Source of the DNA: Escherichia coli
Lineage (GTDB): Bacteria > Pseudomonadota > Gammaproteobacteria > Enterobacterales > Enterobacteriaceae
Assembly: GCF_001677475.2 (NCBI RefSeq)
Contig: NZ_CP015229.1
DNA: 64,000 bases
Direction: 5' to 3' (one strand)
Shown here: piece by piece, positions 1 to 17,736 of the stretch
Layout of the letters: every line of letters begins with the position of its first letter
Position numbering within the stretch: the first letter of the stretch is position 1
The notes under the pieces: generated by a model
Database searches by the model: none
What the model was told of the DNA's origin: nothing
The model's input: the letters and a program-made list of their open reading frames with translations, nothing else
Made by a program: the position numbers and the translations under genes

Positions 1-1473
1 TTCCTGTACGCGGAAGGATTTGTGCATGTTCATCGGCAGAATCGCCACCTGGAACGGCGCGATAGCGTCAGGCCATACGATGCCGCGTTCGTCGTAGTTC
101 TGCTCGATCGCCGCAGCTACTACACGCGTTACCCCGATACCGTAGCAACCCATCGTCAGGATTTGATTACGGCCATCTTCACCCTGTACGGAGGCTTTCA
201 GTGCTTCAGAGTACTTAGTACCCAGCTGGAAGATGTGACCGACTTCGATACCACGTTTGATCAGCAGCGTACCCTGGCCATCCGGGCTTGGATCGCCAGC
301 CACCACGTTACGGATATCCGCAACTTCCGGGGTAGCGACATCGCGATCCCAGTTGATACCGAAGTAGTGTTTACCATCGATGTTAGCACCAGCAGCGAAA
401 TCACTCATCGTCGCAACGGTACGGTCAATCACCACCGGAATCGGCATGTTTACCGGACCCAGTGAACCCGGACCGGCTTTAACCACGGCACGAATTTCTT
501 CTTCGGTCGCGAAAGTCAGCGGGCTTGCAACCTGCGGCAGTTTTTCTGCTTTAACTTCGTTCAGTTCGTGGTCACCGCGCACCAGCAGCGCAACCAGCGG
601 GAAGCTACTGCCTTCAACCGCTTTAACCAGCAGAGTCTTAACCGTTTTCTCAATCGGCAGATTGAACTGTTCAACCAGTTCAGCGATGGTTTTCGCGTTC
701 GGCGTATCAACCAGCGTCATTTCCTGGGTAGCAGCAGCGCGCGGCTCTTTCGGCGCGATAGCTTCTGCCAGTTCAATGTTCGCTGCATAGTCAGAGGTGT
801 CGGAGAAGACCACATCGTCTTCACCGCTCTGCGCCAGCACCTGGAATTCGTGAGAGGCGCTGCCGCCGATAGAACCGGTGTCGGCCTGTACGGCGCGGAA
901 ATCCAGCCCCATGCGGCTGAAGATTTTGCTGTAGGCCGCATACATTGCATCGTAGGTTTCCTGCAGGGATTCCTGAGAAGTATGGAAAGAGTAAGCATCT
1001 TTCATCAGGAATTCGCGGGAACGCATGACGCCGAAACGCGGACGCACTTCGTCGCGGAACTTGGTCTGGATCTGATAGAAGTTCAACGGCAGCTGTTTGT
1101 AAGAGCTAAGCTCGTTACGAATCAGGTCAGTGATAACTTCTTCGTGAGTTGGGCCGAGTACGAACGGACGCTCGCCACGGTCAACAAAACGCAGCAGTTC
1201 CGGACCGTACTGTTCCCAACGACCACTCTCTTGCCACAAATCGGCTGGCTGAACCACCGGCATCGACACCTCGATCGCACCGGCGTTGTTCATCTCTTCA
1301 CGCACGATGTTTTCGACTTTTTTCAGAACGCGCACGCCGGTCGGCAGCCAGGTATATAACCCGGAGGCCAGCTTGCGGATCATCCCGGCGCGCAGCATCA
1401 GCTGATGGCTGATCACCTCGGCGTCGGCAGGTGTCTCCTTGAGAGTGGAGAGCAGGTATTGGCTAGTACGCAT
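1..1473 (-). CDS. proS: Prolyl-tRNA synthetase, N-terminal ~491 codons; 3' end lies beyond the window start
   Basis: Reverse-complement translation from ATG at 1473..1471 reads [46 protein letters not shown]..., matching recalled E. coli ProS. Absent from ORF track because no stop falls inside the window. Confidence 0.9.
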   Translation of the reverse strand, partial: MRTSQYLLSTLKETPADAEVISHQLMLRAGMIRKLASGLYTWLPTGVRVLKKVENIVREEMNNAGAIEVSMPVVQPADLWQESGRWEQYGPELLRFVDRGERPFVLGPTHEEVITDLIRNELSSYKQLPLNFYQIQTKFRDEVRPRFGVMRSREFLMKDAYSFHTSQESLQETYDAMYAAYSKIFSRMGLDFRAVQADTGSIGGSASHEFQVLAQSGEDDVVFSDTSDYAANIELAEAIAPKEPRAAATQEMTLVDTPNAKTIAELVEQFNLPIEKTVKTLLVKAVEGSSFPLVALLVRGDHELNEVKAEKLPQVASPLTFATEEEIRAVVKAGPGSLGPVNMPIPVVIDRTVATMSDFAAGANIDGKHYFGINWDRDVATPEVADIRNVVAGDPSPDGQGTLLIKRGIEVGHIFQLGTKYSEALKASVQGEDGRNQILTMGCYGIGVTRVVAAAIEQNYDERGIVWPDAIAPFQVAILPMNMHKSFRVQE

Positions 1474-1583
1474 GTTGTTACGGTTCCAGTTGGAAGGTAG
1501 AACAGGCTCAAGGCGAGCCTGGGACAAAAAAAGTGATTTAGTTTACCAGTGCAAAAGAAATGTCAAAAGAGAAGGGCGTGAAT

Positions 1584-2291
1584 TTAACGCGGTTCCAGCG
1601 CAAAGACTTCAAAACCTGCGTCGGTGACGCGCCAGCGAACGTTAAAATCATGCAGCCAGACGGCATAGGTTTTACCCGTTTCCTCACCTTTACGATAGGC
1701 CGGGCGCGGGTCCTGCGCCAGTACTTCGCGGATAAACAGCGTTAACTGCGGATAACGCTTCTCCAGCGCCAAAAGCTGCTTTTCGACCTCTGCGGTAAAA
1801 CTCACTGCCATTTCTGCCGCAGGCGCACTTTGCGCATAGCTGGCACTGGCATCGGGAAGCGATTCGGCAAAGGGGAGATACGGTTTGATATCCACCACCG
1901 GCGTCCCATCGACCAGATCCAGACTGCCGAGCTTCAGAATCACGCTGTCTTTATGGCAAACAACCTCTTTCAGCTCTACCAGCGACATACCAATTGGGTT
2001 AGGGCGAAAAGTGGAGCGTGTAGCGAAAACACCCATTCTGGCATTACCACCAAGACGAGGCGGACGCACAGTCGGACGCCAGCCGCCTTCCATCGTTTGA
2101 TGAAAGACGAAAAGGATCCATAAATGGCTGAATGCTTCCAGGCCGCGAACGGCGTCGGCCTGGTTGTAGGGAGCAATGAGATGCAGTTCGCCGTTGGCGC
2201 TTTTTACCAGACCTGGCTGGCGCGGAACGGCGAATTTTTCTTTATAGGGCGAGCGAATAACGCCTATTTGCTCGAACTGGAAACTGCTCAT
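1584..2291 (-). CDS. tsaA: tRNA (adenine37-N6)-methyltransferase TsaA (YaeB)
   Basis: 235-aa ORF MSSFQFEQIGVIRSPYKEKFAVPRQPGL...; conserved position downstream of proS. Confidence 0.88.
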   Translation of the reverse strand: MSSFQFEQIGVIRSPYKEKFAVPRQPGLVKSANGELHLIAPYNQADAVRGLEAFSHLWILFVFHQTMEGGWRPTVRPPRLGGNARMGVFATRSTFRPNPIGMSLVELKEVVCHKDSVILKLGSLDLVDGTPVVDIKPYLPFAESLPDASASYAQSAPAAEMAVSFTAEVEKQLLALEKRYPQLTLFIREVLAQDPRPAYRKGEETGKTYAVWLHDFNVRWRVTDAGFEVFALEPR

Positions 2292-2692
2292 TTCGCCGTA
2301 ATGTTAAGCGCAGAGCCGATACATACAGCCTGACGATAGCAGCCTGGTGTACCGCTGGTAACTTCGCAGCTATGCAGTAATACCGCATTGGCTTTCATTT
2401 TAGAGGCGTTGATTTGCATCCGCTTACGCGCGGTTGGAATGCTCGGCGGAGAGTCCTGATTAGAGGCCTGGCAAGAGTCGCCACTGACTTCACCGAGATC
2501 GCGGAACGGTTTGCCGACTAATTCTTCTGCATTGGTATAAATTCGGACCGGCGTGGCGCGCGGCGCTTTCGGTTTTGCAGGCTCCGCTTTCGGCTGGGGT
2601 GCAGTGCTTTGAACGGGTTCGACAGGGGATCTGCTTAACATGGAACAGCCGCTTAGCATGAGTGCTACTAAACAGATCGGTAAAGCACGCAT
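2288..2692 (-). CDS. rcsF: Outer-membrane lipoprotein RcsF (Rcs phosphorelay sensor)
   Basis: 134-aa ORF with lipobox MLSGCS and C-terminal Cys-rich domain; 4-nt overlap with tsaA. Confidence 0.9.
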   Translation of the reverse strand: MRALPICLVALMLSGCSMLSRSPVEPVQSTAPQPKAEPAKPKAPRATPVRIYTNAEELVGKPFRDLGEVSGDSCQASNQDSPPSIPTARKRMQINASKMKANAVLLHSCEVTSGTPGCYRQAVCIGSALNITAK

Positions 2693-2809
2693 AGTATTTC
2701 CTCAATGTATGATCAAAACGTCAATATTGAATCAGGAGCTTGTAAAAATGACAAGACGGGCAAGCGCCCGTCCTGAATGATATTACAAATTGTGGAAACA
2801 GCCTAAAAA

Positions 2810-3625
2810 TTACCAGCCTTTAACAGCGCCGCCGTTAAACACTTTGTTTGCTGCTTCGTAAACTTCGTCAGACTGATAAGCCTGGACGAATTTCTTCACG
2901 TTCTCGGCGTCTTTGTTATCTTCACGCGTTACGATCAGGTTTACGTACGGGGACTCTTTATCTTCGACAAAGATACCGTCTTTCGCCGGAGTCAGACCAA
3001 TCTGGCTGGCATAGGTGGTATTGATAACTGCCAGAGCGATTTGCGCGTCGTCCAGAGAACGCGGCAGCTGCGGTGCTTCCAGCTCAACAATTTTCAGATT
3101 TTTGGGGTTCTCAACAACATCAAGAACGGTCGGCAGCAGGCCAACGCCATCTTTCAGTTTGATCAAGCCCACTTTTTGCAGCAGCAGCAGTGAACGACCA
3201 AGGTTAGTTGGGTCGTTTGGCACGGCAACCTGCGAACCATCCTGCAGTTCATCCAGTGATTTGATTTTCTTGGAGTAACCTGCAATCGGATAAACAAAAG
3301 TGTTGCCTACTGCGACCAGTTTGTAGCCACGATCTTTCAGTTGCTGATCAAGGTACGGTTTATGCTGGAAGGCGTTGGCGTCGATATCGCCTTTGCTCAA
3401 TGCTTCGTTTGGCAGAACATAGTCGTTGAAGGTTACCAGCTCAACGTCCAGGCCATATTTGTCTTTCGCAACTTTCTGCGCGACTTCTGCAACCTGCTGT
3501 TCGGCACCAACAATCACGCCGACTTTAATGTGGTTTGGATCTTTTTCATCCTGACCGCAGCCTACCAGTGCCAGTGATCCGATCAGGGCTCCCACTGCCG
3601 CAAAGGTTTTGAATTTGAACGCCAT
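2810..3625 (-). CDS. metQ: D-methionine ABC transporter substrate-binding lipoprotein
   Basis: 271-aa ORF with lipoprotein signal (LALVGCGQ); NlpA-family sequence; synteny with metI/metN. Confidence 0.9.
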   Translation of the reverse strand: MAFKFKTFAAVGALIGSLALVGCGQDEKDPNHIKVGVIVGAEQQVAEVAQKVAKDKYGLDVELVTFNDYVLPNEALSKGDIDANAFQHKPYLDQQLKDRGYKLVAVGNTFVYPIAGYSKKIKSLDELQDGSQVAVPNDPTNLGRSLLLLQKVGLIKLKDGVGLLPTVLDVVENPKNLKIVELEAPQLPRSLDDAQIALAVINTTYASQIGLTPAKDGIFVEDKESPYVNLIVTREDNKDAENVKKFVQAYQSDEVYEAANKVFNGGAVKGW

Positions 3626-3664
3626 ACCTTATTCCTTCTTCAATTATTTATGTTGTGTTGAACG

Positions 3665-4318
3665 TTACTTGCGAGTGACAGCCCGGACGATGCGGTCGCC
3701 TGCGAACTGAATTAAATAAACCAGAATGACCAGCAATACCAGTACCGTATTCATCACCGTCGCGTTGTAGCCGATGTAGCCATACTGATAGCCAATCTGA
3801 CCTAAACCACCGGCACCGACTGCACCACCCATCGCGGAATAACCAACCAGGGTAATCAGGGTGATAGTTGCCGCATTCACCAGACCCGGCAGCGCTTCCG
3901 GTAACAGCACCTTACGGACGATCTGCATCGGCGTGGCACCCATTGCGCGGGAAGCTTCAATTAACCCGGTTGGGATCTCCAGCAGAGCGTTCTCGACCAT
4001 ACGGGCAATAAACGGTGCTGCACCAACGGTTAACGGAACAATCGCTGCCTGCAAACCAATCGATGTACCGACAATAACGCGGGTAAACGGAATCATCCAT
4101 ACCAGCAAGATAATGAACGGGATGGAACGGAAAATGTTCACAATCGCAGAAACGGTACGATACAGCTTCGCGTTAGCAATAATTTGCCCCGGACGCGTGA
4201 CATAAAGCAGAACGCCAACCGGCAGACCAATCACAAAGCCAAAAAAACCGGATACGAAGGTCATTGCCAGCGTTTCCCATACGCCACGAACCAGCAGCCA
4301 CATCATCGGCTCAGACAT
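3665..4318 (-). CDS. metI: D-methionine ABC transporter permease
   Basis: 217-aa multi-TM ORF; ABC permease EAA-like loop ([25 protein letters not shown]). Confidence 0.9.
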
Positions 4319-5342
4319 AACCCAGTACCTCTACTTTTACATGGTGTTCCTGCAGCCAGGCAATGGCGGCTTGCGTATCTTGTTGGGTGCCGTGCATTTC
4401 AGTCAGCATGATGCCGAACTTAACGCCACCGGCGTAATCCATCTGCGCGCTAATAATGTTGTTGTTGACGTTGAAACGACGCGCGGTTTCAGAAAGCAGC
4501 GGGGCATCGACCGATTGACCGGTAAACTCCAGACGCAGCATCGGCACGCAGTCAGTAAATGGCTCCGCTTGCAGACGTTCCTGGTAATCTTCCGGGATAT
4601 CCAGATGCAGGGTCGACTGAATAAACTTCTGCGCCAGCGGCGTTTTCGGATGCGAGAACACTTCACTTACCGTGTCCTGCTCGATCAGTTCGCCATTGCT
4701 GATGACCGCCACGCAATCACAAATGCGCTTCACAACGTCCATTTCGTGAGTGATCAACAGAATCGTCAAACCCAGACGGCGGTTGATGTCTTTCAGCAGT
4801 TCGAGAATAGAACGTGTCGTTGCCGGGTCCAGCGCGCTGGTGGCTTCATCACACAGCAATACTTTGGGATTGCTGGCTAACGCACGGGCAATTGCCACAC
4901 GTTGTTTCTGCCCACCGGAAAGATTCGACGGGTAGCTATCATGCTTATCGCCAAGACCAACCAATGACAGCAATTCCGTCACGCGACGTTTGATCTCGTC
5001 TTTCGGTGTGTTGTCCAGCTCCAGCGGCAGAGCCACGTTGCCAAAAACAGTACGCGAAGAGAGCAGGTTAAAATGCTGGAAAATCATACCAATCTGGCGG
5101 CGAGCTTTGGTCAACTCGGATTCTGACAGCGTGGTCAGTTCCTGGCCATCGACCAGCACGCTACCCTCGGTTGGGCGCTCCAGCAGGTTTACACAACGTA
5201 TAAGCGTACTCTTACCCGCGCCTGAGGCACCGATAACGCCATAAATTTGTCCAGCTGGCACATGCAGGCTGACGTTGTTCAACGCCTGGATGGTGCGGGT
5301 GCCCTGGTGGAACACTTTGGTGATATTCGAAAGTTTTATCAT
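4311..5342 (-). CDS. metN: D-methionine ABC transporter ATP-binding protein
   Basis: 343-aa ORF; Walker [13 protein letters not shown] signature LSGGQKQR, Walker [12 protein letters not shown]; C-terminal regulatory domain. Confidence 0.92.
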
Positions 5343-5529
5343 TGATTATTTATTATCGTCATTAAGTTAGTCGTGGCATTTCGAATGCCTGGAACGGGCA
5401 ACGCCGTCAATGAAATGGATGTTAAGGCATCCAGACGTCTAAATCAATCAGGTTTATGCGAAGAGCACTTTCTTGCAGGTCGAAACATGCGATACTAGCG
5501 TCACATGCCTTATTAAGGAGCTATAAAAG

Positions 5530-6102
5530 GTGGCGAAGAGCGTACCCGCAATTTTTCTTGACCGTGATGGCACCATTAATGTCGATCACGGCTATGTCCA
5601 TGAGATCGACAATTTTGAATTTATCGACGGTGTTATTGACGCCATGCGCGAGCTAAAAAAAATGGGCTTTGCGCTGGTGGTAGTAACCAACCAGTCTGGC
5701 ATTGCTCGCGGTAAATTTACTGAAGCGCAGTTTGAAACGCTGACCGAGTGGATGGACTGGTCGCTGGCGGACCGAGATGTCGATCTGGATGGCATCTATT
5801 ATTGCCCGCATCATCCGCAGGGTAGTGTTGAAGAGTTTCGCCAGGTCTGCGACTGCCGCAAACCACATCCGGGGATGCTTTTGTCGGCACGCGATTATTT
5901 GCATATTGATATGGCCGCTTCTTATATGGTGGGCGATAAATTAGAAGATATGCTGGCAGCGGCTGCGGCGAACGTGGGAACAAAAGTGCTGGTGCGTACG
6001 GGTAAACCTGTTACGCCTGAAGCAGAAAATGCAGCGGATTGGGTGTTAAATAGCCTGGCAGACCTGCCGCAAGCGATAAAAAAGCAGCAAAAACCGGCGT
6101 AA
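5530..6102 (+). CDS. gmhB: D-glycero-beta-D-manno-heptose-1,7-bisphosphate 7-phosphatase
   Basis: 190-aa ORF; HAD motif FLDRDGTIN; matches recalled GmhB. Confidence 0.9.
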   Translation: MAKSVPAIFLDRDGTINVDHGYVHEIDNFEFIDGVIDAMRELKKMGFALVVVTNQSGIARGKFTEAQFETLTEWMDWSLADRDVDLDGIYYCPHHPQGSVEEFRQVCDCRKPHPGMLLSARDYLHIDMAASYMVGDKLEDMLAAAAANVGTKVLVRTGKPVTPEAENAADWVLNSLADLPQAIKKQQKPA

Positions 6103-6144
6103 TGATTAAAAGATGAGCGGTTGAAATAAAAATGCATTTTTCCG

Positions 6145-6173
6145 CTTGTCTTCCTGAGACGACTCCCTATAAT
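6145..6173 (+). promoter_or_regulatory. rrnH P1 promoter (-35 ttgtct / 16-bp spacer / -10 tataat, GC-rich discriminator, upstream A/T-rich UP-like tract)
   Basis: ttgtcttcctgagacgactccctataatgcgcctcc; classic rrn P1 architecture. Confidence 0.75.
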
Positions 6174-6254
6174 GCGCCTCCATCGACACGGCGGATGTGA
6201 ATCACTTCACACAAGCAGTCGGTTCGGTTGAAGAGAAAAATCCTGAGATTCAGG

Positions 6255-6283
6255 GTTGACTCTGAAAGAGGAAAGCGTAATAT
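6255..6283 (+). promoter_or_regulatory. rrnH P2 promoter (-35 gttgac / -10 taatat)
   Basis: gttgactctgaaagaggaaagcgtaatat with 16-bp spacer, ~110 bp downstream of P1. Confidence 0.7.
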
Positions 6284-6323
6284 ACGCCACCTCGCGACAG
6301 TGAGCTGAAAGCCGCGTCGCAAC

Positions 6324-6336
6324 TGCTCTTTAACAA
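6324..6336 (+). promoter_or_regulatory. boxA antitermination element of rrn leader
   Basis: tgctctttaacaa in the 16S leader. Confidence 0.75.
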
Positions 6337-6467
6337 TTTATCAGACAATCTGTGTGGGCACTCGAAGATACGGATTCTTAACGTCGCAAGACGAAAAATG
6401 AATACCAAGTCTCAAGAGTGAACACGTAATTCATTACGAAGTTTAATTCTTTGAGCATCAAACTTTT

Positions 6468-8009
<1,542 letters not shown>

Positions 8010-8077
8010 CCTTAAAGAACTGTGCTTTGCAGTGCTCACACAGATTGTCTGATGAAAATGAGCAGTAAAACCTCTAC

Positions 8078-8154
<77 letters not shown>

Positions 8155-8196
8155 AATTTGCACCGCAAATTTGAAGAGGTTTTAACTACATGTTAT

Positions 8197-8272
8197 GGGG
8201 CTATAGCTCAGCTGGGAGAGCGCCTGCTTTGCACGCAGGAGGTCTGCGGTTCGATCCCGCATAGCTCCACCA
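8197..8272 (+). tRNA. alaV: tRNA-Ala (TGC)
   Basis: ggggctatagctcagctgggagagcgcctgctttgcacgcaggaggtctgcggttcgatcccgcatagctccacca. Confidence 0.97.
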
Positions 8273-8455
8273 TCTCTGTAGTGATTAAATAAAAAATACT
8301 TCAGAGTGTACCTGCAAAGGTTCACTGCGAAGTTTTGCTCTTTAAAAATCTGGATCAAGCTGAAAATTGAAACACTGAACAACGAAAGTTGTTCGTGAGT
8401 CTCTCAAATTTTCGCAACACGATGATGCATCGAAAGAAACATCTTCGGGTTGTGA

Positions 8456-11359
<2,904 letters not shown>

Positions 11360-11456
11360 CAACGCCGAAGATGTTTTGGCGGATAGAGAGAAGATTTTCA
11401 GCCTGATACAGATTAAATCGACAGGTCAGAACATGACGTGTTGATAAAACAGAATT

Positions 11457-11576
11457 TGCCTGGCGGCCGTAGCGCGGTGGTCCCACCTGACCCCATGCCG
11501 AACTCAGAAGTGAAACGCCGTAGCGCCGATGGTAGTGTGGGGTCTCCCCATGCGAGAGTAGGGAACTGCCAGGCAT
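11457..11576 (+). rRNA. rrfH: 5S ribosomal RNA
   Basis: tgcctggcggccgtagcgcggtggtcccacctgacc...gggaactgccaggcat; 120 nt. Confidence 0.98.
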
Positions 11577-11628
11577 CAAATTAAGCAGTAAGCCGGTCAT
11601 AAAACCGGTGGTTGTAAAAGAATTCGGT

Positions 11629-11705
11629 GGAGCGGTAGTTCAGTCGGTTAGAATACCTGCCTGTCACGCAGGGGGTCGCGGGTTCGAGTCCCGTCCGTTC
11701 CGCCA
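11629..11705 (+). tRNA. aspU: tRNA-Asp (GTC), distal gene of rrnH
   Basis: ggagcggtagttcagtcggttagaatacctgcctgtcacgcagggggtcgcgggttcgagtcccgtccgttccgcca; identical to the aspV copy at 19852..19928. Confidence 0.97.
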
Positions 11706-11715
11706 CTTATTAAGA

Positions 11716-11745
11716 AGCCTCGAGTTAACGCTCGAGGTTTTTTTT
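11716..11745 (+). terminator. Rho-independent terminator of rrnH
   Basis: Stem cctcgag/ctcgagg with loop ttaacg followed by T8. Confidence 0.8.
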
Positions 11746-11867
11746 CGTCTGGATATCTATTATTGCCAGAATCGCAAAAATCCTCTGCGTTTTACGCTCT
11801 TTTTCCGCAACAGTCTGAAGCCCATAATCACCTCAGTTAACGAAAATAGCATTAAAAGAGGCATATT

Positions 11868-12671
11868 ATGGCTATCCCTGCATTTGGTTTAGGTACTTTC
11901 CGTCTGAAAGACGACGTTGTTATTTCATCTGTGAAAACGGCGCTTGAACTTGGTTATCGCGCAATTGATACCGCACAAATCTATGATAACGAAGCCGCAG
12001 TAGGTCAGGCGATTGCAGAAAGTGGCGTGCCACGTCATGAACTCTACATCACCACTAAAATCTGGATTGAAAATCTCAGCAAAGACAAATTGATCCCGAG
12101 TCTGAAAGAGAGCCTGCAAAAATTGCGTACCGATTATGTTGATCTGACGCTAATCCACTGGCCGTCACCAAACGATGAAGTCTCTGTTGAAGAGTTTATG
12201 CAGGCGCTGCTGGAAGCCAAAAAACAAGGGCTGACGCGTGAGATCGGTATTTCCAACTTCACGATCCCATTGATGGAAAAGGCGATTGCTGCTGTTGGCG
12301 CTGAAAACATCGCTACTAACCAGATTGAACTCTCTCCTTATCTGCAAAACCGTAAAGTGGTCGCCTGGGCTAAACAGCACGGCATCCATATTACTTCCTA
12401 TATGACGCTGGCGTATGGTAAGGCCCTGAAAGATGAGGTTATTGCTCGTATCGCAGCTAAACACAATGCGACTCCGGCACAAGTGATTCTGGCGTGGGCT
12501 ATGGGGGAAGGTTACTCGGTAATTCCTTCTTCTACTAGACGTGAAAACCTGGAGAGTAATCTTAAGGCACAAAATTTACAGCTTGATGCCGAAGATAAAA
12601 AAGCGATCGCCGCACTGGATTGCAACGACCGCCTGGTTAGCCCGGAAGGTCTGGCTCCTGAATGGGATTAA
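11868..12671 (+). CDS. dkgB: 2,5-diketo-D-gluconate reductase B / aldo-keto reductase
   Basis: 267-aa AKR-family [42 protein letters not shown]...; RBS aaaagagg upstream. Confidence 0.9.
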   Translation: MAIPAFGLGTFRLKDDVVISSVKTALELGYRAIDTAQIYDNEAAVGQAIAESGVPRHELYITTKIWIENLSKDKLIPSLKESLQKLRTDYVDLTLIHWPSPNDEVSVEEFMQALLEAKKQGLTREIGISNFTIPLMEKAIAAVGAENIATNQIELSPYLQNRKVVAWAKQHGIHITSYMTLAYGKALKDEVIARIAAKHNATPAQVILAWAMGEGYSVIPSSTRRENLESNLKAQNLQLDAEDKKAIAALDCNDRLVSPEGLAPEWD

Positions 12672-13582
12672 GCCTCTCTGACAGCTCCTTCGGGAGCTGT
12701 TTTTACATGCTCGCTAAGGAAATCGATAAAAGCCCGGATGCGCGTACTTACCGCACGGTCGCTGTAATAGACTGCACTAAATGGCATTTCCACTGGCAAC
12801 ACTTTATCTGCCATTAACTCCACCAATTCTCCGCGAGCGATTTCTCTGTCGATCATGTAGTCGGACAAACACGCAATCCCGTTGCCACTCAGGCAAAGCT
12901 GTTTCAGTGTTTCCCCACTATTGGATGACAAACCGTACTTCACCTCATGTAATTGTCCATCGCTACAGGCTATCGGCCAGGTATTGAGGGAAGCGGGTTC
13001 AGTGAATCCCAGGCAAACATGTTGCTTTAAATCGTCGAGCGTTTCTGGCTTCCCATAGAGGGAAATATAATCGGGGGAGGCGATAATTTTTCGATAACTG
13101 TTAAATAACGGTCTGGCACGTAAGCTGGAATCCGTTAACGTACCGGCGCGTATCGCAACATCCACTTTTCTTTCGATCAAATTAATAATCGTTTCAGAGG
13201 AGACAAGCGATAAAGTGACTTCCGGATAGCGTTCACGGAAAGGTTTAATTAACGGCATCAGGAAATGCAGCACCACGGGCGTCGCGGCATCGATGCGCAA
13301 CAGTCCACGCGGTGTATTACGCGTCTCCATAATTTCTGATTCTGCCGCTGCCATCTCCTGCAAAATTGACTGTACGCGACGAAAATAACGCTCGCCTTCT
13401 TCCGTTAGGCTAAGTTGTCGCGTGGTGCGATTAAGCAGGCTAACGCCAAGTTTCATCTCCAGCTTTTTCACCGCCCGGCTTACCGCTGAGTTTGCTTGCC
13501 CTAATTGTTCCGCTGCCCGGCTAAAGCTGCCGCTTTCGACGACCGAAACAAAAATGGCGAGTTCTTCCGACGTGGCTTTCAT
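12668..13582 (-). CDS. yafC: LysR-family transcriptional regulator
   Basis: 304-aa ORF; N-terminal HTH ([23 protein letters not shown]) and LysR substrate-binding domain. Confidence 0.88.
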   Translation of the reverse strand: MKATSEELAIFVSVVESGSFSRAAEQLGQANSAVSRAVKKLEMKLGVSLLNRTTRQLSLTEEGERYFRRVQSILQEMAAAESEIMETRNTPRGLLRIDAATPVVLHFLMPLIKPFRERYPEVTLSLVSSETIINLIERKVDVAIRAGTLTDSSLRARPLFNSYRKIIASPDYISLYGKPETLDDLKQHVCLGFTEPASLNTWPIACSDGQLHEVKYGLSSNSGETLKQLCLSGNGIACLSDYMIDREIARGELVELMADKVLPVEMPFSAVYYSDRAVSTRIRAFIDFLSEHVKTAPEGAVREA

Positions 13583-13771
13583 TTTTGCTCCTGTTGCAAA
13601 ATAGATGAGATATTTTGAATTTATTTGTCATTAAACCATCAGGATGCGTGATATGTCATCCGATTTAATGTTCTCAATAATGAGCAAATTTCTGACCGGT
13701 GTAAGCACTTGCTTACATAACAATATACAATTGCTCGTTGAAAGAGTGAGCTAAAATCCCTATAACAGTAG

Positions 13772-14623
<852 letters not shown>

Positions 14624-14699
14624 GGTATGTCAGGTCTGCCACAGGGCAGACCAACGTTTGGCGCTGCCCTTTTTAATCAAACAATAAAAGGACAGCGCA

Positions 14700-15470
14700 A
14701 TGACAACACAATCCCACCATGACCACGTAGAAAAGCAGTTTAGCTCTCAAGCCAGCGAATATCTGACCAGTACCGTACATGCATCCGGACGAGATTTACA
14801 GCGCCTGGCGGTGCGTCTGGCTGATTATCCTGATGCAAGTGTACTTGATATGGGCTGCGGAGCAGGGCATGCCAGCTTTGTTGCTGCGCAAAACGTGAGC
14901 GCGGTGGTGGCGTATGACTTATCTGCCCAAATGCTGGATGTCGTGGCACAAGCTGCCGAAGCCCGGCAACTGAAAAATATCACCACCCGCCAGGGTTATG
15001 CCGAAAGTCTGCCATTTGCCGATAACGCATTTGATATTGTTATCAGCCGTTATTCTGCCCATCACTGGCATGATGTTGGTGCAGCACTGCGTGAAGTGAA
15101 CCGGATATTGAAACCTGGCGGTAGGCTGATTGTGATGGACGTAATGTCTCCGGGCCACCCAGTGCGCGACATCTGGTTACAGACGGTAGAAGCATTACGC
15201 GATACCTCTCACGTACGAAACTACGCCAGCGGTGAGTGGTTGACGTTAATCAATGAAGCCAATCTGGTAGTTGATAATTTAATTACAGATAAGTTACCGC
15301 TGGAATTTTCTTCATGGGTCGTGAGAATGCGTACGCCAGAAGCGTTAGTAGACGCTATTCGCATTTACCAACAGAGCGCATCGACAGAGGTGAGAACGTA
15401 TTTTTCCTTGCAGAATGATGGCTCTTTCATCAGTGATATCATCATGGTAGAAGCACATAAAGCGGCATAA
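14700..15470 (+). CDS. yafE: SAM-dependent methyltransferase (start may be internal; K-12 annotation is shorter)
   Basis: Class I MTase motif VLDMGCGAGHAS; 256-aa longest ORF. Confidence 0.8.
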   Translation: MTTQSHHDHVEKQFSSQASEYLTSTVHASGRDLQRLAVRLADYPDASVLDMGCGAGHASFVAAQNVSAVVAYDLSAQMLDVVAQAAEARQLKNITTRQGYAESLPFADNAFDIVISRYSAHHWHDVGAALREVNRILKPGGRLIVMDVMSPGHPVRDIWLQTVEALRDTSHVRNYASGEWLTLINEANLVVDNLITDKLPLEFSSWVVRMRTPEALVDAIRIYQQSASTEVRTYFSLQNDGSFISDIIMVEAHKAA

Positions 15471-15473
15471 ATA

Positions 15474-15510
15474 AAAAAGGCACCGGGGGAATCGGTGCCT
15501 TTTTATTATC
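15474..15510. terminator. Bidirectional Rho-independent terminator between yafE and mltD
   Basis: aaaaaaggcaccg-gggga-atcggtgcctttttatt palindrome flanked by A and T runs. Confidence 0.8.
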
Positions 15511-15517
15511 TGGTTTG

Positions 15518-16876
15518 TCAGGAATCTGGCATGTTGTTGTTTTTCACAAACAACGTCAGCTTATCGCCTGGTTGCAGATTCGCAGTGTCGCTGTTCCAGC
15601 GCATCACATCTTTAATGTTCACGCCGTGGCGTTTAGCAATGCTTGAAAGCGAATCGCCTTTGCGCACACGATACGTAATGCTATCGCTGTTGTTTGCCAA
15701 CCGCTGTGCGCTACTACCTGCGCCAATCGTCAAGCTTTGGCCTGGCTTCAGCTTAGATCCGCGCAGTTTGTTCCACTGCTGCAAATCCTTGGTGCTAACG
15801 CCGAGACGTGAAGCGATACTTGAAAGCGTGTCGCCAGAGCGTACGGTGTAAACACGGCTGTTAAGCGGCGTATTGTCGGCAACCAGCGTCGACTGTACAG
15901 CAGCAATTTCGCCCGAAGCCAGAGATTCACGCAGTTGATCTGCATGCTTCTTTGGCACCATCACGTACTGCGGACCACTTGCGCCCAGCGTGGAGCCTTT
16001 CACGCCAGCGTTGAATGTCTTCAGCTTGCTGACGGAAATCCCCGCCATATCTGCAACCTTCGCCATTTCAACCGGGCTGCTCAGGTGCACACGCGCCAGA
16101 GCACGGCTTTCATCGGTCGTTGGCAGACGTACGCCATAACGCTTGCTGTTTTTGAGAATATCACTCAATGCCAGCATTTTAGGCACGTACTGCTTCGTTT
16201 CCTGCGGCAACGGTAACGACCAGAAGTCCGTGGATTTCCCACGCGCTTTGTTCGTTTTAATTGCCTTCATGACCCGACCTTCGCCGCTGTTATAAGCCGC
16301 TACGGTCAGAAGCCAGTCGCCGTCAAACATCTTGTTCAGACGCTGCATCATGTTCAGCGCGGCAGTTGTTGAAGCAACAACATCGCGACGCGCGTCATAA
16401 TTGCGGGTCTGTTTCAAACCATAATTGCGCCCCGTGCTCGGAATGATCTGCCAGATGCCTGCGGCATTGGCGCCAGACGTTGCGTGAGGATCAAAAGCGC
16501 TCTCCACTATGGGTAGTAGTACCAGTTCCATAGGCATGTTACGTTTTTTAACTTGCCCGGCTATCCAGTACATATACGGCTCTGCCCGTAAAGTTACATC
16601 GTGGAGATAGCTCTTATTGCGTAAATATTTCTGTTTCTGTTCGCGAATCCGGTCATTTTCCGGAATTCCCATCTTTAGCTCGTCGCCAATGAAAGCCCAC
16701 AAGTCACCATCTGGCGCGATAGACGTCCCATCGTCCATCCATCGTGCCTGACTTGTAAACTTTGCTGCTTCCCCTTGACCAGCTGCAGAAAGGCTCTGTG
16801 CGTGCTGTTGAACGTTGCCGGTACTCTGGCAACCCACGAGCAGGACAGAGGCGAGTAATATCGCTTTTGCCTTCAT
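15518..16876 (-). CDS. mltD: Membrane-bound lytic murein transglycosylase D (LysM repeats)
   Basis: 452-aa ORF, lipoprotein signal (LLVGCQS), SLT domain, two C-terminal LysM repeats (YTVRSGDTLSSIA, YRVRKGDSLSSIA). Confidence 0.9.
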   Translation of the reverse strand: MKAKAILLASVLLVGCQSTGNVQQHAQSLSAAGQGEAAKFTSQARWMDDGTSIAPDGDLWAFIGDELKMGIPENDRIREQKQKYLRNKSYLHDVTLRAEPYMYWIAGQVKKRNMPMELVLLPIVESAFDPHATSGANAAGIWQIIPSTGRNYGLKQTRNYDARRDVVASTTAALNMMQRLNKMFDGDWLLTVAAYNSGEGRVMKAIKTNKARGKSTDFWSLPLPQETKQYVPKMLALSDILKNSKRYGVRLPTTDESRALARVHLSSPVEMAKVADMAGISVSKLKTFNAGVKGSTLGASGPQYVMVPKKHADQLRESLASGEIAAVQSTLVADNTPLNSRVYTVRSGDTLSSIASRLGVSTKDLQQWNKLRGSKLKPGQSLTIGAGSSAQRLANNSDSITYRVRKGDSLSSIAKRHGVNIKDVMRWNSDTANLQPGDKLTLFVKNNNMPDS

Positions 16877-16947
16877 GTGTGTGTCAATAGTTGCTTAAAA
16901 GACGACCGATCATAACGGCGAACGGAGCCGATGACAAGAAAGTTTTA

Positions 16948-17706
<759 letters not shown>

Positions 17707-17736
17707 TTACCTCTCAGTGTGAAACGGAAGGTTGTG

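Noticed and set aside
22-1412. Plus-strand ORFs 22..465, 380..790, 568..1359, 1149..1412 and minus ORF 717..998
   Set aside because: All lie inside or antisense to proS, whose minus-strand frame translates to recalled ProS; spurious frames in GC-rich coding DNA.
11608-11892. ORF of 94 aa spanning aspU and the rrnH terminator
   Set aside because: Overlaps the tRNA-Asp gene and terminator hairpin; not coding.
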